Below, piece after piece: positions 9,018 to 18,463 of a stretch of DNA of 64,000 nucleotides. The position numbers and the translations under genes are program-made. The stretch covers positions 39,751 to 103,750 of the forward strand of contig CAVUYN010000002.1 in the NCBI GenBank assembly GCA_963745715.1, given 5' to 3'. The notes beneath the pieces are model-generated. The model saw only the letters and a list, made by a program, of their open reading frames with translations. It was not told the origin of the DNA and ran no database searches. This DNA comes from an uncultured Acidobacteriota bacterium. Its GTDB lineage: Bacteria; Acidobacteriota; Terriglobia; Terriglobales; Acidobacteriaceae. The stretch's first letter is position 1. Each line of letters starts with the position of its first letter.

Positions 9018-12000
9018 ATGTCTGGCCAGATACTCATCGTAGACGACCACGAAATCGTCAGGCGCAGCCTGCGTTCGTTGCTTTCCTCTCGTCCCGATTG
9101 GACAGTTTGCGGCGAGGCGGCGGACGGAATTCAGGCGATCGAGAGGGCTAAATCACTGCGCCCGGACGTGGTGCTGATGGATATCTCGATGCCCGGAATG
9201 AATGGGCTCGAGGCCACACGGATCCTCCGAAAAGATCTACCCGAATCGAAGATCATCATCATCAGCCAGAATGATCCAGAGGTGACGCGGCGCCAGGCCA
9301 ATGAGGTGGGTGCGGCGGCGTACGTTGCCAAGAGTGATCTGTATCTGCATTTATTGCCGACTGTTTCCAAGTTTCTGGGCCACCTAAAGGCCGGTACTCC
9401 GGTGGACACCCCGCGCATCGCGCCAGCATCATCTTCGCAGGACTGGTTGGCTGGCGGTGGAGAACTGAGCAAGCTGATTCGGGAGCATGACTGGTCCCAA
9501 ACGCCCCTGGGTCCCCTCGGGAGTTGGCCTCAAAGTCTGAAGACTTCTGTCAACCTGATCCTTAACTCGCAACACCCAATGTGGGTTGGCTGGGGTCCCG
9601 CAGCGACCTTTCTTTATAACGAAGCCTATATCCAAGTTCTGAGCTCAGCCAAACATCCAGGGGCTTTGGGAAAGCCTGCCGCAGACGTGTGGCCTGAGAT
9701 CTGGGACGTTTGTGGCCCTTTGGCTGACAAAGTCTTTCAAAAAGGGGAGGCATCGTTCGTCGATGAGGTTCGTCTGTTCATGAGTCGAGGGAATTATCTC
9801 GAGGAAACCTACTACTCATTTTCATACAGCCCTATCCGAGACGAATCGGGTATAGTTGCCGGACTTTTCTGCCCCTCGACAGAAGTCACACCCAAGGTTA
9901 TTAATGCCCGCCGCTTGCGCACCCTATCGAAGCTATCCGCTCATGCTCTGGTGCAAAAGACCGCGGAGGCCGCGTGTCAGTCCGCTGCCGCCATGTTGGC
10001 CGAAAATCCAGACGACGTCCCATTTGCTCTGCTGTATCTTCTCGACGAAGAAGGCAAGCGGGCTCGTTTGGAGCAGGTATGCGGGCTGCCTCCTGGGGTG
10101 AGATCCCTGAGTCCACAGGTGGTCGATTTGACAGGCGAAGAAGACGCGCACTGTCTATGGCCACTTTCTGAGGTACTCGAGTCACTCCAAGTGCGGGTCG
10201 TGTCGGTTAAGAATATTGAAGACTTGCCGCACGGGCTTGCACAGCAGCCGCTTTCTGAAGCCATTATTTTGCCAGTGACTACACGCGGCGAAGACCGTAC
10301 GTCGGGGGTTCTGGTAGCGGGAGTTAGTCCGGCGCGGAAACTCGATGCGGAGTATCGCACATTCTATGAATTGGTAGCGGGTCAGATAGCGACCGCGATT
10401 CAGAATGCGCGATCGTCCGAAGAAGAAAGAAAACGAATTGAAGCTTTGGCTGAAATTGATCGTGCCAAAACTGCTTTCTTCAGCAACGTCAGCCATGAAT
10501 TCCGCACTCCCCTCACCCTCATACTCGGCCCAATCGAGGAATTGCTGGCTCGAAGCCACACCGACCTGCCTCCTGCAGCGAAGAGCCAGCTCGAACTCGT
10601 GAATCGCAATGGATCCAGGCTGCTCCGCCTGGTGAACACTTTGTTGGATTTCTCGCGCATTGAAGCTGGGCGTATGCAGGCCGTTTATCAGCCGACCGAC
10701 TTGGCAGCTTTCACGGTTGAGCTCGCGAGCGTATTTCGTTCAGCCACGGAGCGGGCGGGATTACGCCTCGAACTAAATTGTCCGAAACTCGCGGAACCAG
10801 TTTTTGTCGACCGAGGCATGTGGGAAAAGATCGTGCTCAACCTGATCTCCAACGCCTTCAAGTTCACGTTTGAAGGCGCCATTGCAGTAGAGCTGAAGCA
10901 GGCTGGACGCGAGATCGAATTACGAATTCGTGATACCGGAGTCGGGATTCCCGCCCACGAGATCCCGCGGCTATTTGATCGATTCCATCGCATCGAGAAT
11001 ACGCGCAGCCGCACTCATGAAGGCAGCGGGATCGGGCTGGCGCTAGTGCACGAACTGGTTAAGCTTCACGGCGGGTCAGTGCGCGTCGAAAGCAAGCTCA
11101 GAGAAGGCAGTATCTTCATTGTGAGCGTGCCCCTTGGAAGTGCCCACCTGTCACCCGACAGGATTGGAGGAACTCGCAGTTTGGCGTCGACCGCCGTCGG
11201 CGCTGCACCATTTGTAGAGGAAGCCCTTCGTTGGCTTCCGGCTGCCGACTATTCCGAGAACGAAATCGAGATTATTCCCGGCGATGAACTTCTGCCGGTC
11301 CCATGCCCGCCGCTTTCCCGCGATGCTGCATCCGAGAAACGTCCCTTTGTCTTGGTGGCTGACGATAATTCTGACATGCGGAGGTACCTCGTTCGATTAT
11401 TGAGCGAACGTTACGACGTGCACTCGGTTCAAGACGGGCAGGCCGCTCTAACGTTTGTTCACGAGCGAAACCCGGAGTTAGTGCTGACCGACGTGATGAT
11501 GCCGAATCTCGACGGCTTCGGCCTGCTCCACGAATTGAGGTCCCATCCAAAGACAAGAACGATTCCAATCATTCTGCTCTCCGCGAGGGCAGGCGAAGAG
11601 TCACGCGTCGAAGGGATGGAGCACGGCGCCGATGATTACCTGATTAAGCCGTTTAGCGCCCGCGAACTGCTTGCACGCGTGCAAACCCATATCGAAATGG
11701 CTCGCATGCGCAAGCAAGCCGAAGAAGCATTGCGCCGGCGCACCGAGCAATTCGAGACCTTGCTCAATGCGGCTCCCCTCGGCGTTTACCTGGTCGATTC
11801 GGACTTCCGCATTCGAGCCATGAATCCAACTGGAGTCGAAATCTTCGGGAACATTCGAAACCTTGTGGGTCGGGATTTTGACGAAGTGATTCACATTCTT
11901 TGGCCGAAGGGCTACGCCGATGAGATCGTGGAACGGTTTCGTCACACACTGACAACCGGAGACCCGTACGTTGTCCCTGAGCGTGTTGAGAAGCGCCTTG

Positions 12001-14489
12001 ATCGAGGAGTGCAAGAGATCTATGAATGGCAGATCAACCGCATTCCTCTGCCTGACGCTGGCCATGGTGTGGTCTGCTATTTGCGCGATATCTCGCGCCA
12101 GGTACTTGCGCGTCAGGCGATTGCCGAGTCCGAGAAACAGCTAAGGCTCGCGACGGAAGCGGCAGAGCTAGGTATCTGGCATTGGTATCCCGATGAGGAC
12201 CGAGCTACCTGGGAGAATGATCGCTTGTACGAAATCCTAGGGCGTACGCCGGAAGACGGCCCGCTTGGTGCCAAGGAGTTCACTGCAAAGATAGTCCACC
12301 CTGACGACGCGAAAGCCTTCAATGAAGCGCTAAGCCACGCTCTAGAGACTGGGACTCGATTTTTCTTCCAGGGTCGCGTGTACCGCAAAGATGGGCAACT
12401 CCGATGGGTGGAGTTTACCGGTCAGATTGAGAGTAGGGCGGATGGGTCACCGTTGCGCATGCTCGGGACCGTGCTCGACATCACTCAGCGTAAACAGACC
12501 GAGGAAACCTTACGGCAACATCGCGACCGCTTTGACCTGGTCGCGGAGGCTTCCCATGTTGGGTTCTGGTTCTGTGATCTCCCGTTTGACAAATTGATGT
12601 GGGACAAGCGAGTCAAAGAGCATTTCTGGCTGCCACCAGATGCCGACGTTTCCATTAACACTTTCTACGAGCGATTGCACCCAGACGATCGCGAGCGAGC
12701 CCATCGGGCAATGGCGGACTCCATTGCGAATCACATTCCATACGATGTTGAGTACCGCACCGTGGCGCCCGATGGAAGGCACAAGTGGATTCGAGCCATG
12801 GGCCGTATTTCCTATGACAGTGCGGGCGCGCCCAAGAGTTTCGACGCTCTGACGCTGGACATCACGGAACGCAAGCAATCTGAAGAGGCCATTCGAGAGA
12901 GCGAGGAGAGGTTACGACTCGCGCAAAAGACAGCGCACTCGGGCACGTGGGAAAAGAGTTTTGCGACAGGCAAACTGATTGTGTCGCCGGAACTGGAAGA
13001 ACTATGGGGCCTTGCTCCCGCGACGATCGTGGGCGATAACGACGCTGCGCTGCGATCTGTAATTAACTCGGAAGATCTGGCTGCAGTAGATCGATTGCTG
13101 TCACAGGCACTCGAAACTAAGGAGCCGGAGTACCGTGCCGAGTTTCGTATCACCCGTCCTGACGGTGTGTTGCGCTGGATCGAAACGATCGCCAGAATTT
13201 TCTATGACAGTGGCGGCAAGGCATTGCGCATCATCGGCATTAGCTTTGATGTTACCGAGCGCAAGCAGATACGGGAACGGGAACGCCTCATGGCCGCTGA
13301 AGCGGTGGCCGCTACCGCGAAGTTCCGGGCTGTATTCGAACAAACCCCGGTCTTCGCCGGGATCGTAAATATCGATGGTACCGTGATGGATGCCAATCAA
13401 TTGTGCCTGGAGGCATGCGGCTACAAGGCAGAAGAAGTTCTAGGGCGTCTCTTCTGGCAGACCCCGTGGTGGCGATTCTCCAAGGAAGTGCAAACCAAGG
13501 TGCAATTCGCCGTCAGACAATCCTCTCAAGGTGTGCCATATCGTGAGACCTTAACCTACCATTGGGCCGACGGGACCGAGCGACTGATGGATTTCGCAGT
13601 GCATCCGATCGTCGATGAGGAGGGGAAGATCCTTTTTCTTCATCCGACCGGAGTCGACATTACAGATTTGAAGCGGGCCGAGGAGAAATATCGGACTCTG
13701 GCCGAAACTCTGGATGCTGAAGTGCGCATTCGGACAAGAGAGTTGGAACAACGAAATGTTGATGTAGTTCGGCAGTCTGAACAGCTGCGAGGTCTGTCTA
13801 GTCGCTTGTTGCAAACTCAAGACGAGGAGCGACGGCATATCGCACGTGAACTCCACGACAGCGCTGGGCAAATCTTGGCGGCTCTCGGCATGGGCTTGGC
13901 GCAGGTGGCTCAATTTACGCCGAAAGACAATATTCAGCTTGCCAAAATCGCGGAGGACTGCCAGCAATGGGTTCAACAGTTGAGCCGAGAGATACGCACG
14001 ACTTCCTATCTTTTACATCCTCCCATGTTGGATGAAGTTGGATTGCCGGAAGCGCTGCGATGGTACATCCAGGGTCTAACCGAACGCAGTGGCTTGAATA
14101 TCAGTTTCACAGTCGCAGAAGAATTCGGCAGGCTTTCTCGGGAAATGGAATTGGTGATGTTTCGCCTTGTGCAGGAATGTCTGACCAACATACACCGCCA
14201 CAGCGGGAGCAAAACTGCCATGATTCGACTGAACCGTCAGAATGAGAGCGTTGCTCTGGAGGTCCAGGACGACGGCAAGGGAATCACGCCAGAAAAGCTA
14301 TCCCAGATTCAAGCCCAAGGTTCGGGCGTGGGCATCCGAGGAATGCGCGAGAGGGTTCGTCAGTTTGATGGCCAGATGAATATCGAATCGAGCGACAAAG
14401 GAACCTCGATCTCTTTCAGTTTCCCGCTCTCGCGGACGTCAGCATCAGAACGAGACAGTACGACCGAGCAAGTTCACGCCGGCAAATAG
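9018..14489 (+). CDS. 1823-aa multidomain sensor: REC - PAS-like - GAF - HisKA/HATPase - REC - 5x PAS - HisKA_3/HATPase
   Basis: REC1 has Asp55 (VVLMDISMPGMNG). PAS-like box DWSQTPLGPLGSWPQSLK. H-box 1 is SHEFRTPLT (His493, nt 10494), with N/G boxes NLISNAFKFT, DTGVGIP and GSGIGLALV. REC2 has Asp825 (LTDVMMPNLDG). There are five PAS-type segments. H-box 2 is RRHIARELHDSAGQ (His1613, nt 13854), with NIHRHSG, DDGKGI and GVGIRGMRERV. Confidence 0.9.
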   Translation: MSGQILIVDDHEIVRRSLRSLLSSRPDWTVCGEAADGIQAIERAKSLRPDVVLMDISMPGMNGLEATRILRKDLPESKIIIISQNDPEVTRRQANEVGAAAYVAKSDLYLHLLPTVSKFLGHLKAGTPVDTPRIAPASSSQDWLAGGGELSKLIREHDWSQTPLGPLGSWPQSLKTSVNLILNSQHPMWVGWGPAATFLYNEAYIQVLSSAKHPGALGKPAADVWPEIWDVCGPLADKVFQKGEASFVDEVRLFMSRGNYLEETYYSFSYSPIRDESGIVAGLFCPSTEVTPKVINARRLRTLSKLSAHALVQKTAEAACQSAAAMLAENPDDVPFALLYLLDEEGKRARLEQVCGLPPGVRSLSPQVVDLTGEEDAHCLWPLSEVLESLQVRVVSVKNIEDLPHGLAQQPLSEAIILPVTTRGEDRTSGVLVAGVSPARKLDAEYRTFYELVAGQIATAIQNARSSEEERKRIEALAEIDRAKTAFFSNVSHEFRTPLTLILGPIEELLARSHTDLPPAAKSQLELVNRNGSRLLRLVNTLLDFSRIEAGRMQAVYQPTDLAAFTVELASVFRSATERAGLRLELNCPKLAEPVFVDRGMWEKIVLNLISNAFKFTFEGAIAVELKQAGREIELRIRDTGVGIPAHEIPRLFDRFHRIENTRSRTHEGSGIGLALVHELVKLHGGSVRVESKLREGSIFIVSVPLGSAHLSPDRIGGTRSLASTAVGAAPFVEEALRWLPAADYSENEIEIIPGDELLPVPCPPLSRDAASEKRPFVLVADDNSDMRRYLVRLLSERYDVHSVQDGQAALTFVHERNPELVLTDVMMPNLDGFGLLHELRSHPKTRTIPIILLSARAGEESRVEGMEHGADDYLIKPFSARELLARVQTHIEMARMRKQAEEALRRRTEQFETLLNAAPLGVYLVDSDFRIRAMNPTGVEIFGNIRNLVGRDFDEVIHILWPKGYADEIVERFRHTLTTGDPYVVPERVEKRLDRGVQEIYEWQINRIPLPDAGHGVVCYLRDISRQVLARQAIAESEKQLRLATEAAELGIWHWYPDEDRATWENDRLYEILGRTPEDGPLGAKEFTAKIVHPDDAKAFNEALSHALETGTRFFFQGRVYRKDGQLRWVEFTGQIESRADGSPLRMLGTVLDITQRKQTEETLRQHRDRFDLVAEASHVGFWFCDLPFDKLMWDKRVKEHFWLPPDADVSINTFYERLHPDDRERAHRAMADSIANHIPYDVEYRTVAPDGRHKWIRAMGRISYDSAGAPKSFDALTLDITERKQSEEAIRESEERLRLAQKTAHSGTWEKSFATGKLIVSPELEELWGLAPATIVGDNDAALRSVINSEDLAAVDRLLSQALETKEPEYRAEFRITRPDGVLRWIETIARIFYDSGGKALRIIGISFDVTERKQIRERERLMAAEAVAATAKFRAVFEQTPVFAGIVNIDGTVMDANQLCLEACGYKAEEVLGRLFWQTPWWRFSKEVQTKVQFAVRQSSQGVPYRETLTYHWADGTERLMDFAVHPIVDEEGKILFLHPTGVDITDLKRAEEKYRTLAETLDAEVRIRTRELEQRNVDVVRQSEQLRGLSSRLLQTQDEERRHIARELHDSAGQILAALGMGLAQVAQFTPKDNIQLAKIAEDCQQWVQQLSREIRTTSYLLHPPMLDEVGLPEALRWYIQGLTERSGLNISFTVAEEFGRLSREMELVMFRLVQECLTNIHRHSGSKTAMIRLNRQNESVALEVQDDGKGITPEKLSQIQAQGSGVGIRGMRERVRQFDGQMNIESSDKGTSISFSFPLSRTSASERDSTTEQVHAGK

Positions 14490-14565
14490 CGGTGCTTCCC
14501 TCGTTCGCTACCGCGATTTCATATCCAAAGGAACGAGAGGGCTTGGCTGACGGTACTGCGCACTT

Positions 14566-15666
14566 CTATTCAGTCGTGTAGTTGATCTCCATACGGCGAA
14601 CTTGCACGCTGGAAATGTAGAGAGCGAATAAGGCAACGAACAGAATGCCGAATACTGCAAGCACGGGAGAGATCGGTTCGGCATTGGAAACGAGCAATGC
14701 AATCACCGGCGGCGCTCCCGGCGGACTCGGAATATCGACCGGGCACAACGACTTGAGATAGTAAATGACGCTGAACTGCTTAAGAACCGCCGGCAAGAAC
14801 GGATTGATCGCTTCCCATATCAAGATCGCAGCGGCGGGCAGAATCGGATTTCGAAAAAGCATCCCCGCAACCAGAAAGAACGCCCCATATCCGACGCAGG
14901 CGAGCAGTGTTATTCCCAGGTACATCGCGGCATGTTCGAGGCCATGATTGTGGTAGAGATAAAGATCGCGCAGGTTCGGGGGGAAGTGCCACAGGAACGC
15001 AATCGTTTGCAAAAGTTCGCTGGTTACGAAAATAGTGCACGTCGCGAGCAGTCCGGCGAGGAATTTTCCCGCCATCAGGACCTCACGGCGAACCGGTGTC
15101 AGAAAATAAAAATGAAGACTCCGGTCAAGGATTTCTCCGCGGAACAGGTTCATGAAGATTCCAAGGCAACCGAAAAAGACGGCGAGCCTCAGGAAGAAGA
15201 ACTGGAAAACACCGGCGAACATGACTGAGTCGCGCCCTGGATCGTACCCGTAATTGAAATTGATACCCTCGACCTTGCCGTTCGCCAGGTCAAGGTACAA
15301 CTCCTTTTGTCCGTCAGAATATTCATAGTGCTCATGGAGAATCTCTACGCTTGACCCATGCTCGTCCGACTGTTGTTCCTTCCAGCGGATGTTGACGGGC
15401 GGCTTTCCTAAGAGTGCGATGACCTCTTCTTTGGTCATGTCTGGCTTGATGGCAAGCAGGTCCTCGTAACGGAGCGGCTTGTCGCCACGCCGCGCAATCT
15501 CAGCGCTGTGGCCGTGTTGGTGGGACATTGCTACCGCATACGTAATGAAAAGGAGCACCGGCAGGAGAGCAACCACGTAGATCCAAAGGCCCCGCTTCGC
15601 AAAAAAAGTCTTCTTCATTTCCAGCCGGATGACGGCCTTGATCTGTGCCCACCAGATTCTGGTCAT
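14566..15666 (-). CDS. ABC-2 type transporter permease with a large extracytoplasmic insert
   Basis: 366 aa and multi-TM. Its ATG overlaps the stop of the upstream ATPase (ATGA). The loop between TM1 and TM2 contains a BamE/SmpA-like signature, [15 protein letters not shown]. Confidence 0.7.
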   Translation of the reverse strand: MTRIWWAQIKAVIRLEMKKTFFAKRGLWIYVVALLPVLLFITYAVAMSHQHGHSAEIARRGDKPLRYEDLLAIKPDMTKEEVIALLGKPPVNIRWKEQQSDEHGSSVEILHEHYEYSDGQKELYLDLANGKVEGINFNYGYDPGRDSVMFAGVFQFFFLRLAVFFGCLGIFMNLFRGEILDRSLHFYFLTPVRREVLMAGKFLAGLLATCTIFVTSELLQTIAFLWHFPPNLRDLYLYHNHGLEHAAMYLGITLLACVGYGAFFLVAGMLFRNPILPAAAILIWEAINPFLPAVLKQFSVIYYLKSLCPVDIPSPPGAPPVIALLVSNAEPISPVLAVFGILFVALFALYISSVQVRRMEINYTTE

Positions 15667-16601
15667 CGGACCACCTCTTCATTTCCGATCAGGTATTCGT
15701 AGACGGAAAGCACGTCGTCGTCCGCCGGGGACACAGACTCGATGTCGATGCCGTTCAAGGCGATATCGTTCAGCGCGAGATAAAACCGGTCCGCATCCCG
15801 CGTTTTCAGCAGCAGTCCCCCCTCGTCCTTGTGGATGGAAACCTCGATGGTGTGTTCGTATTCCAACATCTTCGCGGCAAGGTCACGGGGCCGGGTACAG
15901 CGAACCAGAATTTGCGTGGGATGTTCCTGAATCTCGCTGCGAACATTGTGGATTTTTCCCTCTGCCACAACGTAGCCGTTGCTGAGCAAGATGACCTGAT
16001 CGGAGATAACATCCACTTCGTGCAGAATGTGGCTGGAGATAATTACGTAACAACCTTGCTCCGCCTTCGACCGGAATAATGCAATCATCTCTGATCGAGC
16101 GAGAGGATCGAGACCGTTGAGCGGCTCGTCGAGCACCAGCACCTTCGGGTCGTGTGACAATGCCTGTGCAAGCCGAATGCGCTGCCGCATCCCCTTGCTA
16201 TAACCCGCTACATTCCGGTTGGCGGCGTCCGTCAAGTTCACACTTTCAATCGCTTTCCACGTGAGTTGCTCGGCGGTTTGCCCGTCCCTCCCCGCGACCC
16301 GAAGATAGGAGTACACAAACTGAAATCCCGTAAGGCCTTTGGGAAACGCATCGAACTGGGTGGAGTAGCCGACAATCTTGAATAGGTTCTCCGGGTCGTC
16401 AGTCGGATAGCCGAGAACCTGAACGCGTCCGCGCGATGGCCTTACCAGGCCAGTCATCAGATTCATCAGCGTGGTCTTGCCCGAACCGTTGGGGCCCACC
16501 AGGCTTGTAATGCCTGCTGGAATCGAAAGATTCACCCGGTTCACTCCGAGAATCTCTCCGTAAAACTTCGAGACATCTTCAAACGCGATGCGATCGCTCA
16601 A
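15663..16601 (-). CDS. ABC transporter ATP-binding protein (with a DUF4162-like C-terminal domain)
   Basis: Walker [10 protein letters not shown], signature YSKGMRQR and Walker B LVLDEP. The likely TTG start at 16601 overlaps the upstream permease stop, with GAGGTGG just upstream. The ORF-track start at 16733 adds non-conserved residues. Confidence 0.85.
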   Translation of the reverse strand: MSDRIAFEDVSKFYGEILGVNRVNLSIPAGITSLVGPNGSGKTTLMNLMTGLVRPSRGRVQVLGYPTDDPENLFKIVGYSTQFDAFPKGLTGFQFVYSYLRVAGRDGQTAEQLTWKAIESVNLTDAANRNVAGYSKGMRQRIRLAQALSHDPKVLVLDEPLNGLDPLARSEMIALFRSKAEQGCYVIISSHILHEVDVISDQVILLSNGYVVAEGKIHNVRSEIQEHPTQILVRCTRPRDLAAKMLEYEHTIEVSIHKDEGGLLLKTRDADRFYLALNDIALNGIDIESVSPADDDVLSVYEYLIGNEEVVR

Positions 16602-17462
16602 CGGACCACCTCGTAAGCGCGCACTTTGCGCAGTAGCAGGCCGAGGCAAATGGCACAGTACACGAGGAGAGCCATCCACGCTTGCGCCACCGGAATGGCA
16701 TGCTCCGGAGACATCTGGAACAGCGAATTCCAAACGGTTCCCATCAAGAATGCCAAATTGAAGAAATTGCCAGATTCAGTTCTCAGCACTGTGTTGATTG
16801 CCTGTCCGAAGCCTGCGCCGAAGAACATGACTGCCAGTAGTAGGGCTCCGGCCACAATCCTCCACTTCACCCAGGCCGAGAGCGCCATGGCAAGAAGGGA
16901 CAGAATAGCGATCCAGAGAAGAGAAGAAACCAAGAGACTGCCCGCAATCCAAAGATTGGCCCAAGTCCATGCCGCTCCCGCGAGACTGGCCTGTATTGCA
17001 AATAGAACCAGGCCGGGAATCCACGTGATCTGTGAAAGCAGAATTGCCAGCACAGAAGACTTACCCAGCACATATTCGGCTCTCGAAAACGGACGGCACA
17101 GGTACAAAGGGCAGCGCGCCATTTGCCAGATCCGGTGAAACCAGGCCCGGGCCGGTAAAGGCGGTCAGAAGAAAAGCCAGCACTCCCTGAACGCTCATGA
17201 AGTGAAAGAAGAACTTGTTGTCGATGGAAATGATCTCTCGGGGAACACCAACCTCCTGGAGAAAGCTCACATTGTGAGCGAGGTAGATCAGTACCAGGCA
17301 TATGAACGGGAAAAAGAAACAGGCAACGAAGAATCCGGTTTGCAGCTTGGAACGAAAGAGCTTTCGGCGCGAATATCGAAACAGCACCAGAAAGCGCGAC
17401 CACTCTGGGGTCAACGCGCCGGAATATGGCTTGTAATTACGCCTGTAAACAGCCATGCGCAC
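16598..17462 (-). pseudogene. ABC-2 permease split by one extra base near 17105-17111
   Basis: ORF 17061..17462 ends ...[16 protein letters not shown]...*. ORF 16598..17122 reads ...[20 protein letters not shown]. The family consensus is DL.N.ALPLYL.RP.SR.EYVLGK. The span is 865 nt, which is 3n+1. Confidence 0.65.
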
Positions 17463-17491
17463 TCCTACGCCATGTCGTCACGCTCTACGCG

Positions 17492-18463
17492 TCAACTCTC
17501 CATGGCCTTCAGAAAAATGTCTTCGAGCGTATCGCGACGGAAATTCAGCCGCCGGATGCGCACCTGGCGCTCGGCAGCGATGCGATAAATGTCGCGAGTT
17601 TCGACCCCATCTGCCAGAACCATCTTCATCCGATTTGCGGTCACGGCGCATTCACATCCGAGTTTCTCAATGGCTTCGGTAAAATCGCCATTCGCGCCAT
17701 AGGTCTCGAGTTCGAGGAACCTCTTGTTGGCCCGCCGTTCTTCGTCCAAGTTCGAGTAGTGAGCGATGCGTCCCTGCTTCAGGATCAGAACCTCATCGCA
17801 AGTGTCTTCGACGTCGCGGAGCAGGTGGGAGCACAACACAATCCGCAGTTCCCGCCCATCCCGGATCTCGCGAATCATTCGAATCATGCGTTGGCGCGCC
17901 GAGGGATCGAGGCCATTTGTCGGTTCATCCAGGATCAACAACTTGGGCCCGTGGACGATCGCCTGAGCCAGTTTGGCCAGCTGTTTCATCCCTAGGGAGT
18001 ATGTTCCAAGCTGACGGTAGCGGGCCTCGGCCAGACCGACATAAAACAGGGCTTCATGCGCTCGCTCGAGGGCTGCTTCGGAAGGCAGACCCGACAATTC
18101 GCCCATCATCTGAACGAATGACACAGCGCTCATCTTGGATATGAACGCATCGTTTTCGGGCATGTACCCGACTTGTCCACGAATTCCCTTGATTTGAGTT
18201 CCAACGTCGAGTCCAAACATCCGCGCTGAACCTGCGGAGGGCTTATAGAAGCCAAGAAGAGTATTGATCAGAGTTGACTTGCCTGCTCCGTTTGGACCAA
18301 GTAAACCGATGGAGCGTCCACGCAGAGTGGTGGTAAGGCTGCTCAGGATCTCGCGATCGCCGAACTTAACAGAAAGGCCCTGCAGTTCGATCAATGGTGA
18401 AGCAGCAGACGGCGTTTGCTGCCTGTCGCCGTCTGCCGCTTCGAGTTGTGTTGCAGTACTCAC
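17492..18463 (-). CDS. ABC transporter ATP-binding protein
   Basis: Walker [10 protein letters not shown], signature YSLGMKQ and Walker [12 protein letters not shown]. Confidence 0.9.
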   Translation of the reverse strand: MSTATQLEAADGDRQQTPSAASPLIELQGLSVKFGDREILSSLTTTLRGRSIGLLGPNGAGKSTLINTLLGFYKPSAGSARMFGLDVGTQIKGIRGQVGYMPENDAFISKMSAVSFVQMMGELSGLPSEAALERAHEALFYVGLAEARYRQLGTYSLGMKQLAKLAQAIVHGPKLLILDEPTNGLDPSARQRMIRMIREIRDGRELRIVLCSHLLRDVEDTCDEVLILKQGRIAHYSNLDEERRANKRFLELETYGANGDFTEAIEKLGCECAVTANRMKMVLADGVETRDIYRIAAERQVRIRRLNFRRDTLEDIFLKAMES

